DNA of 64,000 bases from an uncultured virus (IMG/VR IMGVR_UViG_3300026484_000088) (taxonomy: Duplodnaviria > Heunggongvirae > Uroviricota > Caudoviricetes): the IMG/VR virus record IMGVR_UViG_3300026484_000088; one strand, 5' to 3'. This document shows positions 59,581 to 64,000 of this stretch, one piece after another. Position 1 is the stretch's first letter, and every line of letters starts with the position of its first letter. A program made the position numbers and the translations under genes. Under the pieces are notes generated by a model. That model saw nothing but the letters and a program-made list of their open reading frames with translations. It did no database searches and was not told where the DNA came from.

Positions 59581-60120
59581 ATGCCTAATTGGTGTGGAAA
59601 TACAATGACCATTACAGGAGAACCAGATAAAGTAAATAAGTTTATTGAAGATTTTACAAAAGAAGGATTTGCTTGTGTAGGAGATTATCCTAATATAGCA
59701 GATGAAAATGATACTGGTTGGTATGAGTGGAGAATAGCAAATTGGTCGACTAAATGGAATTTAAGTAAAGATGATATAGAGATATTACAAAATAATCCAG
59801 GCATATTTAGTGTATTTTTTTATACAGCTTGGAGAGATCCAGAAGGATTTATTAAAAAAGCAAGTAATATATATGGAATAACTATAGAAAATAGATTTGA
59901 AGAACCTGGTATGTGTTTTTATGGTTATTATAAAGTAATTAAAGGTATTATCAAAGAAAATTATATTATAGAGGATAGTGATTTTAAAAAACCACCAAAA
60001 GTATTAAAAAAAGTATTTGGTAGTATAGAACAAGTATATGAATACTTTGATACTTTATTTGAAGAAGATATGACAGAAGAAATTAGAGATACAAGAAAAT
60101 ATTTGAAAGGATTATTATGA
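59581..60120 (+). CDS. DUF1281/YubB-like protein
   Basis: MPNWCGN, WYEWRIANWSTKW, FYTAW, EEPG. Confidence 0.7.
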   Translation: MPNWCGNTMTITGEPDKVNKFIEDFTKEGFACVGDYPNIADENDTGWYEWRIANWSTKWNLSKDDIEILQNNPGIFSVFFYTAWRDPEGFIKKASNIYGITIENRFEEPGMCFYGYYKVIKGIIKENYIIEDSDFKKPPKVLKKVFGSIEQVYEYFDTLFEEDMTEEIRDTRKYLKGLL

Positions 60121-60707
60121 TATTATTTAGAAAAGAAGCAAAAAAAATATTAAGAGAGCATGGGTTTAGTGAAGACTTTACAGTTAATAAAATAGATAGA
60201 CATATATGGTTAGTCGGTAAATGTGGTAAACAAATAGTACAAATAAGTGATTTAGAAGTAGGTAATAAATTAAGTAAAGCTGAGAGAGAATTACTTATTG
60301 AGGATTATTTATACCCTAATATAATTATGAAAAAAGTTAAAATTGATAGATTATTATCTATAGAACAAGCAATAGAAAATATTGATATAGAATTAGCTGG
60401 TATAGAAAAAAAAGATCAAGTATATATTGATACAGATTATAATTATGCAAAGGCACGAAATATAGGATACATTGTTTCACAAGTTAGTGAAAAAGATAAG
60501 TATGTAGCTAAATTAAAAGAAAATTTAGATACACATGAAAGACATATAATTATGAATAATGTACCTCAAGAAGACACTTGCAATATATATAATAAATTAC
60601 TTGGTAAATTACCTATTAGAACTAGAGTGTTTAATTTATATACTGAAAAATTAAAATTAAAAAATAATATTTTAAAAATTAAAAAAGAGTTAAAAATAGT
60701 ATGTTAA
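60117..60707 (+). CDS. Hypothetical protein
   Basis: 196-aa ORF. Confidence 0.55.
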   Translation: MILFRKEAKKILREHGFSEDFTVNKIDRHIWLVGKCGKQIVQISDLEVGNKLSKAERELLIEDYLYPNIIMKKVKIDRLLSIEQAIENIDIELAGIEKKDQVYIDTDYNYAKARNIGYIVSQVSEKDKYVAKLKENLDTHERHIIMNNVPQEDTCNIYNKLLGKLPIRTRVFNLYTEKLKLKNNILKIKKELKIVC

Positions 60708-61225
60708 AACTAATTTTAATTTTATTTTCTCTTTTTCTTTATGCTTCTCCATTTAAAAAAATAGATTCTTTAACTACAGAACAATATAATAATTTAATAT
60801 GGATATATCAACAAGGTAAGAAATATGATTTAGAATTATCTCTTACAGCTATTGCTTGGCAAGAAAGTCAATTTGGTAAGTATCCTATTAATTTATCTGA
60901 TCCATCAGGAGGTTTATTTCATAATCTTCTTGGTTCAGTGTGTTATAGGTTAAATTTAGCTCCTAATCAATGGAACCAAAGTAGAATACTTGAAAGATTA
61001 ATTAGTGATAAAAAATTTGCTTTACAACAAGCTGTAGCAGAATTATATTACTGGAAAAATTATTGGAAAGTAAGAAATAAAAAATATTTATGGAAAAGAA
61101 TGATTAGTTCATATAATGGTGGGCATAAAGGAAATATAAAATACTATAAAAATATAGTAAAAAAAGTTAGATATTTAAAAAGATATTTTAAATGGTTAAA
61201 TAAAAATAATCCTACTTTTAAGTAG
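60701..61225 (+). CDS. SLT-type lytic transglycosylase with signal peptide
   Basis: Hydrophobic N-terminus; AIAWQES; GLFH; SSYNGG. Confidence 0.75.
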   Translation: MLKLILILFSLFLYASPFKKIDSLTTEQYNNLIWIYQQGKKYDLELSLTAIAWQESQFGKYPINLSDPSGGLFHNLLGSVCYRLNLAPNQWNQSRILERLISDKKFALQQAVAELYYWKNYWKVRNKKYLWKRMISSYNGGHKGNIKYYKNIVKKVRYLKRYFKWLNKNNPTFK

Positions 61226-61249
61226 GTAATTTAAATACAAAGGAAATAA

Positions 61250-61789
61250 ATGGAAGAAAAAATAATCAAATGGATTAAAGAATACAAATGTTTTATTACA
61301 TTTGAAGGTAATAATGAGGACAATATAGATACATATATGTTTAGAGTAACTACTAACTTTGTTTTTAATAATGAAGAAGAAAAAACTGTTTTCATTGAGT
61401 ATAGACCAGCAGAGAATATTGTAGAAATAATATTAAAAGATTTTACTATATTCTCTAAACCTCATATAGTATTCACTACAAATGACCAAGACTTAATAAG
61501 TGTATTAGAAGACGTGTTATTACCATACAAACAACACACTTTTAATTTTGTTGATAGTGGATTTCTTATAAGAATAGATGAAGAAGAAAACTTCAAAAGA
61601 GTTAATGGGATTGTGGGGCTTAAAGAAGATTTAATGAATAAAGCTGCAGATGAGGCTATACCCGAAATGAAAAGTTTTGTAGAAGAGTTAAAGAAAAAAA
61701 TAGAAAATAAAAAAACATTCTATGTTAAAGCTACTTTAAAGTTAGAATATATAAATGATTATATGTTTATGGAAATTATTAAAGTTTAA
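61250..61789 (+). CDS. Hypothetical protein
   Basis: 179-aa ORF with RBS. Confidence 0.55.
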   Translation: MEEKIIKWIKEYKCFITFEGNNEDNIDTYMFRVTTNFVFNNEEEKTVFIEYRPAENIVEIILKDFTIFSKPHIVFTTNDQDLISVLEDVLLPYKQHTFNFVDSGFLIRIDEEENFKRVNGIVGLKEDLMNKAADEAIPEMKSFVEELKKKIENKKTFYVKATLKLEYINDYMFMEIIKV

Positions 61790-61813
61790 TAAGAATAATT
61801 AAAAGGAATATAA

Positions 61814-62167
61814 ATGTTAAATTTATCAAGTAAAGTAGAATTACTTAACGATAACTTAAATAAAATATTTAATTTAGAAATAATTAAAAAATTAAAACAA
61901 GCAAGTATTTCAGAACCAGAAGAAGAATTAGATTTAAATCGTGGAATGTTTATGTATAAAGTAGAAATTAAACATAGATTATTTATACAAATTGTATTTG
62001 ATTTATTAAATATAAATGATTTATATCATATTAAATTAGAATTCATAGATGAAAATTATGGGTTTGATAAATATAGTATAAATATACACGAATGTATTAC
62101 TAAAGATATAGTTAAATGTGCTTTAGAATTACATAAAACTATATTAAATTTATTAAATAAAAAATGA
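61814..62167 (+). CDS. Hypothetical protein
   Basis: 117-aa ORF with RBS. Confidence 0.55.
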   Translation: MLNLSSKVELLNDNLNKIFNLEIIKKLKQASISEPEEELDLNRGMFMYKVEIKHRLFIQIVFDLLNINDLYHIKLEFIDENYGFDKYSINIHECITKDIVKCALELHKTILNLLNKK

Positions 62168-62187
62168 TTATTATAGAAAGGTATAAA

Positions 62188-62625
62188 ATGAGAGAAATTA
62201 AATTTAGAATATTTGATAAAGAAGCAAAAAAGATGCTCACTGATGGCATCTGTTTTGGATTTGGTATGAATGGGTATTATATCTTAGACTCTGATAATAG
62301 AGTTTTAAAAGGTAATATTACTTGGGTATATGGGAAGAATTTTGTGAACATTTCTTTAGATAACTTCGTTGTTATGCGATACACAGGATTAAAAGATAAA
62401 AATGGTAAAGAAATTTATGAGGATGATCTCATTAACTATGAAGATAATGAGCATTATGGGATTGTTACTTTTAAAAAAGGAGCATTTGGAGTAAATTATT
62501 ACAATTTCGATGCGTCAGATTGCCCTTTATTTTACACTTTTTATGAACTTATACATAATAAAAAAAAGTTGTTGGTAGCAGGCAATATTTATGAGCATTC
62601 TACATTAATAAAAAAGGAAAAATAA
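62188..62625 (+). CDS. YopX family protein
   Basis: MREIKFR, YTGLKDKNGKEIYEDD, VAGNIYE. Confidence 0.85.
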   Translation: MREIKFRIFDKEAKKMLTDGICFGFGMNGYYILDSDNRVLKGNITWVYGKNFVNISLDNFVVMRYTGLKDKNGKEIYEDDLINYEDNEHYGIVTFKKGAFGVNYYNFDASDCPLFYTFYELIHNKKKLLVAGNIYEHSTLIKKEK

Positions 62626-62906
62626 TGAGTGATAGTTTAGATAGAATCTCTGAACCAGTAAAGAATATAAAAAGTAGTAAATACTTATATAACGTTAAAC
62701 CTTGTCATTTTAGTAATTTAACTTACAAAGGTGCTTTAAGAGAAAAAATTAGATTAGGTAAATTATTATTAAGAGAATTAAATGAAAAATCATTTAACTT
62801 ATCTGGTTCAGAATATATGAATAATGAAGTTAGGTTATTAAAAGTTGCTGATGCTATTGAATTTAATAAATTTTTATTAAATGAGTTAGATAATTGTAAG
62901 GATTAA
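62625..62906 (+). CDS. Hypothetical protein
   Basis: 93-aa ORF, TAATG coupling. Confidence 0.55.
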   Translation: MSDSLDRISEPVKNIKSSKYLYNVKPCHFSNLTYKGALREKIRLGKLLLRELNEKSFNLSGSEYMNNEVRLLKVADAIEFNKFLLNELDNCKD

Positions 62907-62909
62907 ATA

Positions 62910-63521
62910 ATGGCTAGAAAAAAAACTAAACAAGAAAAATTGTTTAAGAATGAAAAATATAAAAAAGATTTAGTTTATTTATATTTAATTTATGCTTATT
63001 TAGATATAGGTTTAAGAGAAGAAGAATGGGTAATATCTAATAAGTTTGGAGTAAATGTTATAAATGAATTAAAGTTAAAAAATCATTCAGAAAAAACTCA
63101 ATTAGATATAAAGAAATTATATGCTACTACTAAAAGGATATTTAAGTATTTAATGCAAGAAGGTGTATTTAACAATAAAAAAATTAAAGGTGATCTAATT
63201 ATTAAACTTGCTGAAATTGAGATAAATAAAGCTTTTAGTGGTTATAAAGATTGTTCTATTATACCTATTTATTTAGGAATATTATTACTTATTTCTTGGC
63301 AAGAAGATGTTAAATATAAATCATTTAATATGTCATTAGATTATAATTATTTAGCTGATATAACACTTGCTATTGAAGAAGAACATCAAGAATTAAAAGA
63401 AATATTAGATAGAAGTGCTGATATAGTATATCATTTTTATAAAAATATATATGGTGAGTATTCTTGGTTCAAAGAATCAGGTAATGTAGATTTAAAAGAA
63501 TTATTTGGTAAAAAGGATTAA
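62910..63521 (+). CDS. Hypothetical protein
   Basis: 203-aa ORF with RBS. Confidence 0.55.
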   Translation: MARKKTKQEKLFKNEKYKKDLVYLYLIYAYLDIGLREEEWVISNKFGVNVINELKLKNHSEKTQLDIKKLYATTKRIFKYLMQEGVFNNKKIKGDLIIKLAEIEINKAFSGYKDCSIIPIYLGILLLISWQEDVKYKSFNMSLDYNYLADITLAIEEEHQELKEILDRSADIVYHFYKNIYGEYSWFKESGNVDLKELFGKKD

Positions 63522-63523
63522 AA

Positions 63524-63847
63524 ATGTTAGAAGTAGAAGCAAGAGATCCAGAAGAAGCATTTGATAATATAGATATAGAAGATGCTATTGAAGAAATGTT
63601 AGATAATGGTTCTACTACTATAGATGTAAAATTTGGAGAATGTAGACCTTATGTATATAAAGAAAGTGATGATTGTGAATGGTTTGATTTAGGAGAAATA
63701 GAAGTAACTGATAAAGACCTGAATATTGACTGGTTCGAAATAGCAAGTGATTTAAAATTAAAGTTAGAAGAATGTGAGCGTAATATGTCTAAATGTGTAC
63801 AAAATATGATAACAATAAAAGAAGATAGTATAAGGAGTGAAATATGA
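63524..63847 (+). CDS. Hypothetical acidic protein
   Basis: 107-aa ORF; EVEARDPEEA motif. Confidence 0.55.
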   Translation: MLEVEARDPEEAFDNIDIEDAIEEMLDNGSTTIDVKFGECRPYVYKESDDCEWFDLGEIEVTDKDLNIDWFEIASDLKLKLEECERNMSKCVQNMITIKEDSIRSEI

Positions 63848-64000
63848 AAAAATTTATTTTAACTAAATTAAATGGTATAGATGAAAAAGAATATACTGCT
63901 TATAAATTACAGTGTGAAGAAACTATTGAAGCATTAAATAAAGAAATAAATGAATTAAAAATTAATTTAGATAGACAAAGAAGAAAAATTAGTGCTTTAG
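63844..64000 (+). CDS. Hypothetical protein, truncated by the window end
   Basis: AAGGAG RBS, ATG 63844, open to the end. Confidence 0.5.
   Translation, partial: MKKFILTKLNGIDEKEYTAYKLQCEETIEALNKEINELKINLDRQRRKISAL

Larger units (their letters stand above)
1..64000. mobile_element. N4-like (Schitoviridae-type) bacteriophage genome segment
   Basis: Virion RNAP, split RNAP II, N4-type primase/AAA/SSB cluster, and capsid-portal-terminase block on the opposite strand; no host housekeeping genes or integrase seen. Confidence 0.95.

Noticed and set aside
1..64000. tRNA genes, stop-codon reassignment, integrase, reverse transcriptase/DGR
   Set aside because: None recognised by eye; long ORFs are intact under the standard code with dense gene packing

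Overview
The whole window is part of a very AT-rich lytic N4-like podophage genome (Schitoviridae-type). Diagnostic genes are a giant virion RNA polymerase (10171-18927), a two-subunit T7-like RNAP II (50057-51809), and N4-type primase, AAA ATPase, SSB, capsid, portal and terminase genes. The ThyX type and the extended -10 promoters suggest a Campylobacterota host (inference). The sequence is circularly permuted: it starts inside the primase gene, the leftward late/structural block runs 10171-48040, and the probable genome end/early region lies near 48.1-50 kb. Four self-splicing elements are present: group I introns in the primase (3' end at 1-122) and the DNA polymerase (55087-55952, carrying an HNH gene), and LAGLIDADG inteins in ThyX and the terminase (the latter Ala-initiated). 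The most unusual signals are: (i) a strongly over-represented genome-wide motif, GAWCCAR; (ii) a repeated 'promoter inside an RBS-sequestering hairpin' design; (iii) several RNA pseudoknots and structured leaders; (iv) a vRNAP that lacks its N-terminal domain but carries an inserted SLOG-like domain; (v) a repeated CTACG-N2-TGTT early-region element. All calls come from reading motifs by eye; no database searches were run.
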